DNA from: an uncultured Schaedlerella sp.
GTDB lineage: Bacteria; Bacillota; Clostridia; Lachnospirales; Lachnospiraceae
Reading direction: 5' to 3'
DNA: 64,000 nucleotides
NCBI GenBank assembly: GCA_963559385.1
Contig: CAUWKK010000003.1
Span: 29,958 to 93,957 of the forward strand
The translations under genes were made by a program, and so were the position numbers. This document shows, one piece after another, positions 10,025-18,957 of the stretch (its first letter is position 1; each line of letters opens with the position of its first letter). A model generated the notes under the pieces. It searched no databases, had not been told where the DNA came from, and saw only the letters and a list, made by a program, of their open reading frames with translations.

Positions 10025-11405
10025 TGGAAATCTCAGGCGAAGAAAGCTTCGGACATTTCTGACGGTTCTCGGAGTTGTGGTAGGAACAGCCTCCATTGTC
10101 GTAATGATCTCGCTCGGATTGGGGATGCAACAGTCTATTTATCGAGAAATCGAGCAGTCGGGCGGTATGACTGCTATAACGGTGACAGGAAAAGATGCCG
10201 GAAATCAAATGGTATATACTAGCGAAGATTCCGGCGAGGAAGCGACACAGTATATCACAGATGAGACGATACAGGAATTATCGAAAATCGAGCATGTAAA
10301 AAGCGCAACTCCTACATTGACGATGAGCTCGATTCTTCTGAGCGGAAAATATTACGGATATATTCAACTGGTCGGACTGACACCGGAGGAAATGGAGCGA
10401 CAAAACATGAAGCTGGTTGAAGGAAGCCGGCTTCCGGAGGGAGACACTGCCAATTTAGAACTCGTATTTGGAAATGGTGTTGCTACGATGTTCTACGAAA
10501 AAGGAACAGACAAGGGCTATTGGGATACACAGGAAGTTCCGGATATTGATTTTATGAAAGATCAGATGTTTTTAATCCTGGATCAGGAGGCATATTTTAA
10601 TTCGCAACAAAATACAGCGGGAGTTGCTTTGGGAGATAATAACAGTAAGGAGGGCGGAGCGAAGAAGGAAAAACCGCCGAAGAAATATGTGGTTCGGGGA
10701 AGTGGGCTTGTAGCCGGTGATATTGAAGCATACAATGCAAATTATTACAACGTATACTGTGATATGAATGCGCTGAAATCTATGCTGCAAAAGGAATATG
10801 CCGGACGGGCGATCCCGGGGCAGCCGACGACCAAGACGGGAAAGCCGTATCGCTTTTTTGCCTACAGCTCTGCAATGGTACAGGCAGATGATATTGATCA
10901 TGTTGAGTCTCTGGCAGCAGAGATCCAGAGCAAAGGCTATAAGGTCAGCACCAATGCAGAATATTTGAAGAGCATGCAGAAGCAATTTGCAATGGTACAG
11001 GCGGTTCTCGGAGGAATCGGCGCGGTTTCGCTTTTTGTGGCAGCGATTGGAATCGCAAATACAATGATGATGTCAATTTATGAACGTACAAAGGAAATTG
11101 GCGTTATTAAGGTACTTGGATGCAGTCTGCGGAATATCAAGCAGATGTTTTTGCTGGAGGCAGGTTTTATCGGTTTTATTGGAGGTGTGGTCGGAAATAT
11201 CCTGAGCTTTATGATGTCCTTTGCGATCAATGTAGTGACAGGACATGGGAGCATGATGGGAATGGACGGAAATATTTCGTATATACCGCTATGGTTGGTC
11301 GGAGCATCTATGGTGTTTGCAGTGTTTGTCGGTATGGCAGCGGGATATTTCCCGGCGGTCAGAGCAACAAAATTAAGTCCGTTGGAAGCAATTCGGAACG
11401 GATGA
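9993..11405 (+). CDS. ABC transporter permease (MacB/FtsX family)
   Basis: N-terminal NLRRRKLRTFLTVLGVVVG, a large periplasmic-type domain, and a C-terminal FtsX module (IKVLGCSLRNIKQMF). Confidence 0.9.
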   Translation: MKWIDLLRMSSGNLRRRKLRTFLTVLGVVVGTASIVVMISLGLGMQQSIYREIEQSGGMTAITVTGKDAGNQMVYTSEDSGEEATQYITDETIQELSKIEHVKSATPTLTMSSILLSGKYYGYIQLVGLTPEEMERQNMKLVEGSRLPEGDTANLELVFGNGVATMFYEKGTDKGYWDTQEVPDIDFMKDQMFLILDQEAYFNSQQNTAGVALGDNNSKEGGAKKEKPPKKYVVRGSGLVAGDIEAYNANYYNVYCDMNALKSMLQKEYAGRAIPGQPTTKTGKPYRFFAYSSAMVQADDIDHVESLAAEIQSKGYKVSTNAEYLKSMQKQFAMVQAVLGGIGAVSLFVAAIGIANTMMMSIYERTKEIGVIKVLGCSLRNIKQMFLLEAGFIGFIGGVVGNILSFMMSFAINVVTGHGSMMGMDGNISYIPLWLVGASMVFAVFVGMAAGYFPAVRATKLSPLEAIRNG

Positions 11406-11506
11406 CAGAAAAAAGGTTCTGATACATAGGAAACAATCTATAAATGATTGATAGTCTCCTGTGCAGCAGAGCCTTTTTTGGTGTCGGATATGACGATATA
11501 TGTGGA

Positions 11507-11995
11507 CTATAGTTCCAATTCAAACTCAATTTCTTTTTGGGAAAAGAAATTCTGTATCATCGTATCCCATGCCTGTTCCAGAGATTTATCCATGGAAAAT
11601 GTTTTGAGAGAGGTTCCGGTAACACACTGTAATTCGTTTCCGTTAAAACGAATGTTGAGATATAATCCCTGTACCTGTTCCGGTTGGAAGGTCAGTTGTT
11701 TTTGGGAAATCAGTTTTGCAATATTTTCGGGAGAAAGGCTGAAAATAAACTTAAAATTCAGCGGTGTTTGCTTTCCTCGGATAATGGAAAAACAGAATTC
11801 CCGAAGCTGCTTCCAGAAAGCAAATTCAGTGGCAGGGGTATCCTCTTCAAAAAAATTTTTTTGGAGATAACCGTCGATGGAAAATCTGTTAAATGTTGTG
11901 ATCTCTCCCTCAATAAAGAGAAAGTGGTCAAAGGTTTCCAAAAGCAGCAAGTGCTTCATAAATGCTTTTCGGTTTGTAAGTTTTAGTGAGATCAT
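11507..11995 (-). CDS. Hypothetical cytoplasmic protein, about 160 aa
   Basis: Long minus-strand ORF with ordinary composition. I prefer the internal Met at 11995 (MISLKLTNRKAF...) preceded by GAGGAA. The upstream part of the 222-aa ORF looks like read-through of intergenic DNA. Confidence 0.5.
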   Translation of the reverse strand: MISLKLTNRKAFMKHLLLLETFDHFLFIEGEITTFNRFSIDGYLQKNFFEEDTPATEFAFWKQLREFCFSIIRGKQTPLNFKFIFSLSPENIAKLISQKQLTFQPEQVQGLYLNIRFNGNELQCVTGTSLKTFSMDKSLEQAWDTMIQNFFSQKEIEFELEL

Positions 11996-12180
11996 AAAAA
12001 ATTCCTCTGCGATGAATGATGTATGTATCATAACACAGATGGCGGGAATTTGTATATACCGGCGTTGAAGAATGACAGGAGTTAGTTTTGCCTGCAGTTT
12101 TGGTTCGCATTGACTTTTATCTTTAAAAAAAGTATTATTATAAAGTAATATCGAGAAAATAGTTTGTTTGATCATAGATT

Positions 12181-12948
12181 TTGAAAGGTACGAATATAGA
12201 ATTGGATACGAATAAAAAGAAACGGAATCTGATGATTGCCGGGAGTGTATTTATTGCGGTTTTGATTATTGTGATCGTAGGGGCAGAGCTTGCTACCGGC
12301 GTGACCGGAAAGAAAACAGATACCTCAGAGGGACTGGCGATCATTCGAGAGGCAGAGTCGGCCGATGCGGCGGCAATTGAGACAAAAATTCAGAAATTGG
12401 AGGCAAAAGAGAATACAGAAGAAGGCGGAGCACTCAGTTTGAAAGAACGGTTTGCAAGTGTTGTGATCATTGGGGATTCTGTCACGGGGGGGTTTGTAGA
12501 ATATGATGTACTCAATGTATCCAGTGTGATTTCAGGAGTCGGCAGGGAATGGGAAGAACAGCTGAAAAGCTTAAGAGAAGTGAACCCAAAAGTCATATTT
12601 CTAACGTATTGTGCAGATGATATTTTGGCGAGCAAAGGGGACATAAAAAGTTATGTCAAGGAATACCGTAAGCGTGTTGAATCGGTACAGAAAGCAGTTC
12701 CCGAAGCCAGTGTTTTCGTAAATTCTTTTTTGGCTGTGGAAAAAACGGCAGTGGATGCAGAACCGCAGTATAACAAACTGGAGGATTATAATGAAGCGCT
12801 TCAGAAAATGTGTGATAAGCTGCAGATTGGATTCGTTGACAATTCTGCATTAAAAGTACAGTCGTATTATGAAGAAGACGGAATCCATTTTAACTCCGAA
12901 TTTTATCCGGTTTGGGCAGAACGTATGTCGGAGGTGGCCTCATTATGA
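12181..12948 (+). CDS. SGNH/GDSL-family hydrolase or acyltransferase with an N-terminal membrane anchor
   Basis: Block I IIGDSVTGG and block V DGIHFN. TM helix IAGSVFIAVLIIVIVG. The start codon is uncertain (TTG at 12181). Confidence 0.8.
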   Translation: MKGTNIELDTNKKKRNLMIAGSVFIAVLIIVIVGAELATGVTGKKTDTSEGLAIIREAESADAAAIETKIQKLEAKENTEEGGALSLKERFASVVIIGDSVTGGFVEYDVLNVSSVISGVGREWEEQLKSLREVNPKVIFLTYCADDILASKGDIKSYVKEYRKRVESVQKAVPEASVFVNSFLAVEKTAVDAEPQYNKLEDYNEALQKMCDKLQIGFVDNSALKVQSYYEEDGIHFNSEFYPVWAERMSEVASL

Positions 12949-13475
12949 AAAGGAACCAAAAAGGAACAAAACGGCAGGGAGACGCAGGGAGAATGACAGC
13001 CGGCATCAGCCGTACAGAGATTTTTAAGTATTTGGCGGGATTTTTGCTCCTGATGTATGTGGTTTTACTTTTGATATATTCCAGCGGCAGTACAAAGGTG
13101 TTTGACGAGGTTGCGGGAAGTGTGGAAGCGGGACTGAATACGGAGCGGCTGATCAAACAGAATACACAGGCATTGAAACGGTTCTATGGAGTGAACAGCG
13201 CAGATTATGAGGGCGTGATGTTCTATACTGCCAAGGACAGCATTTCGGCGGAGGAAATTTTGCTGGTGAAAGCGAAAAATGACAGGCAGGTGCAGATCCT
13301 AAAGGACGCTGTGCAGAAACGGTTGGACAACAGAAAAGATATTTTTGAAAATATGGCGCCGGGACAGGTTCGTATGCTTGATAAGGCACGTGTTCTTGTA
13401 AGAGGTCGGTTTGTGTTCGTGGTAGTATCAAAGGACGCAAAGGAATATGCAGAGTTGTTTGCAGGAAGCTTGTAA
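12945..13475 (+). CDS. Membrane-anchored small protein (DUF4358-like by context)
   Basis: ATGA overlap with the upstream gene, GGAGGTGG RBS, one TM helix. This is the usual partner position in MBOAT/DHHW clusters. Confidence 0.6.
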   Translation: MKRNQKGTKRQGDAGRMTAGISRTEIFKYLAGFLLLMYVVLLLIYSSGSTKVFDEVAGSVEAGLNTERLIKQNTQALKRFYGVNSADYEGVMFYTAKDSISAEEILLVKAKNDRQVQILKDAVQKRLDNRKDIFENMAPGQVRMLDKARVLVRGRFVFVVVSKDAKEYAELFAGSL

Positions 13476-13519
13476 GCACAGAAGTGTTGTCACAAAATTA
13501 AGAAAAGAAAGGATTATCT

Positions 13520-14929
13520 ATGCTGTTTAGCAATCTTTCATTTATATTCATATTTTTACCGATTTTGATGTTTGTCTATTTTCTGGTTTCTCAGAAAAGA
13601 AAAAATATCGTGTTATTATTGGCGAGCTTGGTGTTTTATGCATGGGGAGAGCCGGTTTATGTAGTATTGCTGTTTTTGTCGGCAGTGTTTAATTATTTTT
13701 GCGGACGGGATCTGGAGGAAAAGAAAGAAGATCCGATACGCAAGAAAAGAAGTCTTGTATTCGGAATTGTTATAAACCTGCTTATTTTAGGTTTTTTCAA
13801 ATATTATGTATTTTTGATGGAAAGCATCAATGCGTTGGTGTCGGCCGAGCTTCCTTATCGTGAATTGGCGGTGCCAATCGGGATTTCTATATATACGCTT
13901 CGAGCAATCTCCTATCTGGCAGATATTTACAGAGGAGAGGCGGCGCAGGCAAAATTTGTTGATTTGGCGCTTTATCTCGGAATGTTTCCGCAAATTTCGG
14001 CGGGACCGGTTGACCGTTATGTCAATATTGCCGGACAGTTGGGGAAAAGACCTTTGTCTGTTCGTCGTTTTGGGAATGGTGCAATGCTGTTTGTGTGCGG
14101 TTTGGCAAAAAAAGTCATTTTGGCAGATTCCGCAGGTATTTTACAGGAACAGATCACCGGACTTCAGATCGGAACATTTTCTGTGTTGACCGCATGGATT
14201 GGATGTGCGGCATTTGCGTTTCGATTTTATTTTGAATTGAGCGGATATGCGGATATGGCGATTGGTCTGGGCAGAATGCTTGGCTTTGATCTGCAGAGGA
14301 ATTTTTATGATCCCTATGCGTCAAGGAGCGTTACGGAATTTTGGAAGCGTTGGAACAGTTCTCTTACTTTGTGGGTACGCGCATATATATATGAACCGCT
14401 GGAGAAAAAGGTGCAGGAGGCGTCCGGACGCATTTGGATCATACTTCTTACGGCAATGCTGACAGGATTTTGGTATGGGGCAGAGTGGAAATTTCTCTGG
14501 TGGGGGATTTATTTTGGGATTCTCTTAGTTTTGGAACATTTTGTCTTTGGCAGAGCGCTTGCATGTTTTCCGAAAGTGATCCAACATCTATACACAGTGA
14601 TCACTGTTTTTATTGGCTGGACATTTTTCTTTGCACCGGATTTAGGAGCAGCGTTGGATTACATCGGCGTCATGTTTGGAGTCGGTGCAAGCGCACCCGC
14701 AGATGCACAGGCGCTTTATTTTATTTATAGTCATTGGCTGTTATTGTTATTATGTGTGGCAGGAGCATCTGCAAAAGGTATGTGGGCGCTTAGGAGCGTG
14801 AGTGATGTGCTGGCATCCGTATGCGGAAAGCGGGCATCCGTTTGTATTGTTTCGATAGTGGTCTTTATGATCAGTTTGGCATTTCTTATAACGGGAACGG
14901 TAAATGCCGGTTTAGTGATACAATTTTGA
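13520..14929 (+). CDS. MBOAT-family O-acyltransferase (AlgI/DltB-like)
   Basis: Polytopic membrane protein with the conserved SVTEFWKRWN block typical of AlgI/DltB. Confidence 0.88.
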   Translation: MLFSNLSFIFIFLPILMFVYFLVSQKRKNIVLLLASLVFYAWGEPVYVVLLFLSAVFNYFCGRDLEEKKEDPIRKKRSLVFGIVINLLILGFFKYYVFLMESINALVSAELPYRELAVPIGISIYTLRAISYLADIYRGEAAQAKFVDLALYLGMFPQISAGPVDRYVNIAGQLGKRPLSVRRFGNGAMLFVCGLAKKVILADSAGILQEQITGLQIGTFSVLTAWIGCAAFAFRFYFELSGYADMAIGLGRMLGFDLQRNFYDPYASRSVTEFWKRWNSSLTLWVRAYIYEPLEKKVQEASGRIWIILLTAMLTGFWYGAEWKFLWWGIYFGILLVLEHFVFGRALACFPKVIQHLYTVITVFIGWTFFFAPDLGAALDYIGVMFGVGASAPADAQALYFIYSHWLLLLLCVAGASAKGMWALRSVSDVLASVCGKRASVCIVSIVVFMISLAFLITGTVNAGLVIQF

Positions 14930-14943
14930 CATTAGGTGAGAAC

Positions 14944-16125
14944 ATGCGAAAAAATAAAAGAAATAATAGACATAGCAGGAAAATTGAAAAGAAGGCAGGC
15001 GGCTTGTTTGCAGGAATTTTTACCGGCTGTATTTTGCTTCTTGCTGCGGTGAATCTGCTGATGCCGGACAAGGAGATGTCTGCAGCGGAGGGAAGGCGGC
15101 TTGAAAGCAGACCGGAAATGTCTGTGGACGGCCTGCTTTCCGGAGATTATATGAAAAAATATGAGGAATATTTTTCGGATCAATTTGTAGGAAGAAATCT
15201 GTTTCGAAATATAAAAGTGATGTTGAACCGCATAGGAGGAAGCAGAGAGGAAAACGGTGTACTGATCGGAAAAAACGGACATCTTTTTGAGACGATCGCA
15301 ATTCCGCAGCAGGAAAAACTTCAGGCGAATTTGGAGGCAATTGAACAGTTTACGAAAAAGAATCGGGATATCAATGTGAATATGATCCTTGTACCGGATG
15401 CGGCAAGTGTTTTGGGAGAGGAGCTTCCGATGTTTTATTCTACAGCCGATCAAGAACGTATGATCGCACAGGTAAGGAGGGAACTGGAGGGAAGCGTCAA
15501 CTGGATCGATGCAGGCTCCGTGATGCATAAGCATAAAGAGGAAGCACTATACTATAAGACAGATAAGCACTGGACAAGTACAGGGGCATACTATGTGTTT
15601 GAGGCAGCAGCCGGACAACTCGGGATTGCAGAGAATATCACAGGTAAATTCGCAAGCTATCCTGTTTCTGCGTCATTTAACGGGGAACTGTCATCCAAAA
15701 GCGGGTGCGGAACGGACACGAAAGAAATAATCGATATCTATATGCCGGTCAAGGGAGATTCGTCTCTGATCGTCAATTATGTGGATGAACAGAGAAAGAC
15801 AACGTCTTTGTATAACTCAGAGAAGCTAAAAAGTTCCAATCAGTATGATGTGTTTTTGGGCGGTGATTCGTCCGTTATTGATATCAAAACGGTATCGAAG
15901 AATACCGGAAGGCTGCTTGTGATCAAGGACTCCTTTGCAAACAGCTTTATTCCGTTTCTGACTCCGTATTTTCGGGAAATTGTTGTAGTAGATCCGAAAT
16001 ATTACGGTGGAACCATTGAGGATATCATGGACACATACCGAATTACGGATGCGCTGATCCTTTACAGTGGGAATACATTTTTTCAGGATAACAATATTAG
16101 TGGAGTGTTAAACAGTGAGCAATAG
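14944..16125 (+). CDS. DHHW-family protein (AlgJ/AlgX-like acyl-transfer partner of MBOAT)
   Basis: YYKTDKHWT motif and an N-terminal signal anchor. ATG at 14944 is chosen because the longer ORF would overlap the MBOAT gene. Confidence 0.8.
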   Translation: MRKNKRNNRHSRKIEKKAGGLFAGIFTGCILLLAAVNLLMPDKEMSAAEGRRLESRPEMSVDGLLSGDYMKKYEEYFSDQFVGRNLFRNIKVMLNRIGGSREENGVLIGKNGHLFETIAIPQQEKLQANLEAIEQFTKKNRDINVNMILVPDAASVLGEELPMFYSTADQERMIAQVRRELEGSVNWIDAGSVMHKHKEEALYYKTDKHWTSTGAYYVFEAAAGQLGIAENITGKFASYPVSASFNGELSSKSGCGTDTKEIIDIYMPVKGDSSLIVNYVDEQRKTTSLYNSEKLKSSNQYDVFLGGDSSVIDIKTVSKNTGRLLVIKDSFANSFIPFLTPYFREIVVVDPKYYGGTIEDIMDTYRITDALILYSGNTFFQDNNISGVLNSEQ

Positions 16126-16879
16126 AATTGAAAAGGAATACAGAGAAAAAAAGTCTCCGGTCCGCTTGAATAAATATTTGAGTGATGCCGGAGTTTGTTC
16201 CAGACGAGAAGCAGACCGGTTGATTGAAAGCGGGCGTGTGACTGTGGACGGAAGACCGGCGCAGACAGGTATGAAAGTCATACCCGGACAGGAAGTCAGA
16301 GTCGGGAAAAGGATTGTATCAAAACAAGATGAAATGGTAGTTTTGGCAGTCAACAAACCGGCAGGAGTCGTATGTACGGAAGAAAAGAGAGAGAGAAACA
16401 GCATTGTTCGTTTTCTGGATTATCCGATCCGCATTACTTATGTGGGAAGACTGGATAAGGATTCCAGAGGATTGCTGTTGATGACAAATAACGGAGACAT
16501 TATCAACAAAATGATGCGTGCGGGAAACAGGCATGAAAAGGAATACAAAGTGACTGTGGATAAAGCGGTGACGCAGGAATTTCTGCGTCAAATGGCAGCG
16601 GGAGTTAGGATCTTGGATACTGTGACCAGACCGTGTCAGGTGCGTAAAATCGGCAAGTATACGTTCTCTATTATTTTGACACAGGGTCTGAACCGCCAAA
16701 TCCGTCGAATGTGTGAGGCGCTGGATTATCAGGTAAAGGATTTGGTGAGAACCAGGATTATGAACATTGAGCTGGGCAACCTGAAGGAGGGGGATTATCG
16801 AAAACTGACCGATGAAGAATTAAATCGTCTTTATGATCAGATCCGTTATTCCTCAAATGAAACAGTAAGGAGCAGATAA
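16115..16879 (+). CDS. rRNA pseudouridine synthase (RsuA/RluB/RluF family) with an S4 domain
   Basis: S4 RNA-binding N-terminus (RLNKYLSDAGVCSRREADRLI), catalytic GRLDKDSRGLLL, NRQIRRM. Confidence 0.9.
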   Translation: MSNRIEKEYREKKSPVRLNKYLSDAGVCSRREADRLIESGRVTVDGRPAQTGMKVIPGQEVRVGKRIVSKQDEMVVLAVNKPAGVVCTEEKRERNSIVRFLDYPIRITYVGRLDKDSRGLLLMTNNGDIINKMMRAGNRHEKEYKVTVDKAVTQEFLRQMAAGVRILDTVTRPCQVRKIGKYTFSIILTQGLNRQIRRMCEALDYQVKDLVRTRIMNIELGNLKEGDYRKLTDEELNRLYDQIRYSSNETVRSR

Positions 16880-16883
16880 ATAT

Positions 16884-18848
16884 ATGGAAATGAAAAAGAA
16901 GCGGATGCTGGAGTTGGTAGAACTTTTAAATCGTGCACGTCGTGCTTATGAGCAGGAAGATAGAGAGATCATGAGCAACTATGAGTATGATAAATTGTAT
17001 GATGAACTTCTGGGACTGGAGCAGGAGTCGGGAATGACTCTTGCATCCAGTCCTACGATCAATGTCGGTTATGAGGTGTTGAGCGAGCTTCCGAAAGAGA
17101 GACATGAGAGACCGATGTTGTCGTTGGATAAGACAAAGGAGGTTTCTAAACTGAAAGAGTTTCTGGGAGATCAAAAGGCGGTGTTGTCATGGAAGCTGGA
17201 CGGACTGACAATTGTGCTGACTTATCGGGACGGCACACTGCAAAAGGCAGTCACTCGCGGAAACGGAGAGGTTGGAGAGGTGATCACCAATAATGCAAAA
17301 GTATTTCAGAATCTGCCGCTTCATATTGCGTATCAAGGGGAACTGGTGCTTCGCGGAGAAGCAGTGATCCGTTATGAGGACTTTGAAAAAATCAATGCAG
17401 AGATAGAGGATGTGGATGCAAAGTACAAGAATCCGAGAAATTTGTGCAGCGGTTCGGTCAGACAATTGAGCAACGAGGTGACGGCTAAGAGAAATGTTCG
17501 TTTTTTTGCTTTTTCACTTGTACGTGCGGACGGAGTGGATTTCGAAAATTCAAGAGAGCAGCAGTTTGCATGGCTTAGTGAACAAGGCTTTGAGGTCGTG
17601 GAGCATCATATGGTAACATCGGAAACGATTGAGTCTGAGGTAGAGTGGTTTGCACATAAGGTTACAGAGAATGCTTTCCCATCGGACGGACTGGTATTGG
17701 TGTATGATGATATTGCATATGGGCAGTCATTGGGAACGACGGCAAAGTTTCCGAGAGATTCTTTTGCTTTCAAATGGGAGGATGAGATCCGGGAGACTAT
17801 ATTAGAAGAAATAGAATGGAGTCCGTCAAGAACGGGATTGATCAATCCTGTGGCGATATTTGAACCGGTGGAACTGGAAGGAACGACTGTGAGTCGCGCC
17901 AGTGTTCATAATATCAGTATTATGGAAGAACTGGAGTTGGGAATCGGAGATACAGTACAGGTTTATAAGGCAAATATGATCATTCCGCAGATTGCTGCGA
18001 ATCTTACCAGAAGTGGGAGCTGTAAGGTTCCGGAGCATTGCCCGGTTTGTGGGGGGAGGACCCGTATTTCTATGGAAAATGATACAAAGACTCTGTATTG
18101 TACAAATCCGTTGTGTCAGGCAAAGCAAGTAAAATCCTTTGCGTTGTTCGTGAGTCGTGATGCATTGAATATAGAGGGGCTTTCAGAAGCAACATTGGAG
18201 AAATTTATTGACCGTGGATTTATAAAAGATTTCACAGACATTTTTCATCTGAATCGTTACGCGGACGAAATCAAATCAATGGAGGGATTTGGAGAAAAAT
18301 CCTATACGAATCTTCAGAAGAGCATAGAGAGCGCAAGGGAAACAACGCTTCCAAGGCTTTTGTACAGTCTCGGAATTGCCAATATCGGTTTGGCTAATGC
18401 GAAAGTAATATGTAAGGCGCTCGGAAATGATGCGCAGAAGCTTCCGAATGCATCTGCAGAAGAATTGAGCGCCGTTTCGGGGGTGGGTGAAGTGATCGCA
18501 CAGGCATATGTCGATTATTTTGCGGAAGAGCTGCATCGGGAATTGTATCAGAAATTATTAGAAGAGGTAGAAATCCCGCAAGAGGAAAACGAAGTTCAGG
18601 AACAGGTTTTTGAGGGTAAGAATTTTGTGATCACAGGAAGTGTGCACCACTTTGCGAATCGGGGAGAAGTAAAAGAACTGATTGAAAGGAAAGGTGGAAA
18701 AGTGACGGGAAGTGTGACTTCCAAGACGAATTATCTGATCAACAATGATACAGAGTCCACATCATCTAAGAATAAAAAAGCAAGAGAACTTGGGATTCCG
18801 ATTATTTCAGAAGAGATATTTTTAGAGATGTTAGAAAAGGGAATTTAG
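16884..18848 (+). CDS. ligA: NAD-dependent DNA ligase
   Basis: Adenylation motif KLDG, Zn finger CPVCGG...C..C, HhH repeats, C-terminal BRCT (GKNFVITGS). Confidence 0.95.
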   Translation: MEMKKKRMLELVELLNRARRAYEQEDREIMSNYEYDKLYDELLGLEQESGMTLASSPTINVGYEVLSELPKERHERPMLSLDKTKEVSKLKEFLGDQKAVLSWKLDGLTIVLTYRDGTLQKAVTRGNGEVGEVITNNAKVFQNLPLHIAYQGELVLRGEAVIRYEDFEKINAEIEDVDAKYKNPRNLCSGSVRQLSNEVTAKRNVRFFAFSLVRADGVDFENSREQQFAWLSEQGFEVVEHHMVTSETIESEVEWFAHKVTENAFPSDGLVLVYDDIAYGQSLGTTAKFPRDSFAFKWEDEIRETILEEIEWSPSRTGLINPVAIFEPVELEGTTVSRASVHNISIMEELELGIGDTVQVYKANMIIPQIAANLTRSGSCKVPEHCPVCGGRTRISMENDTKTLYCTNPLCQAKQVKSFALFVSRDALNIEGLSEATLEKFIDRGFIKDFTDIFHLNRYADEIKSMEGFGEKSYTNLQKSIESARETTLPRLLYSLGIANIGLANAKVICKALGNDAQKLPNASAEELSAVSGVGEVIAQAYVDYFAEELHRELYQKLLEEVEIPQEENEVQEQVFEGKNFVITGSVHHFANRGEVKELIERKGGKVTGSVTSKTNYLINNDTESTSSKNKKARELGIPIISEEIFLEMLEKGI

Positions 18849-18874
18849 AAAAATTTAATACGATTTCGTAAGTG

Positions 18875-18910
18875 AAACCGGCAATATTTCTTTACTATAT
18901 TGTCGGTTTT
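18875..18910 (+). terminator. Rho-independent terminator of ligA
   Basis: 13-bp stem AAACCGGCAATAT / ATATTGTCGGTTT with one G-U pair, running into TTTT. Confidence 0.75.
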
Positions 18911-18957
18911 CGCTATAATATTGGAATGTAACAGGGTTCAGATATGGAGGAATAGCG

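Noticed and set aside
11448-11870. A 140-aa plus-strand ORF overlapping the minus-strand gene at 11507-11995.
   Set aside because: The peptide is Cys/Ser/Phe-rich and odd-looking, with no RBS. The minus-strand frame has ordinary protein-like composition and a plausible RBS.
14821-14943. A longer N-terminal extension of the DHHW ORF, starting at 14821.
   Set aside because: It would overlap the MBOAT gene by about 110 nt. ATG 14944 gives the expected basic N-terminus plus signal anchor.
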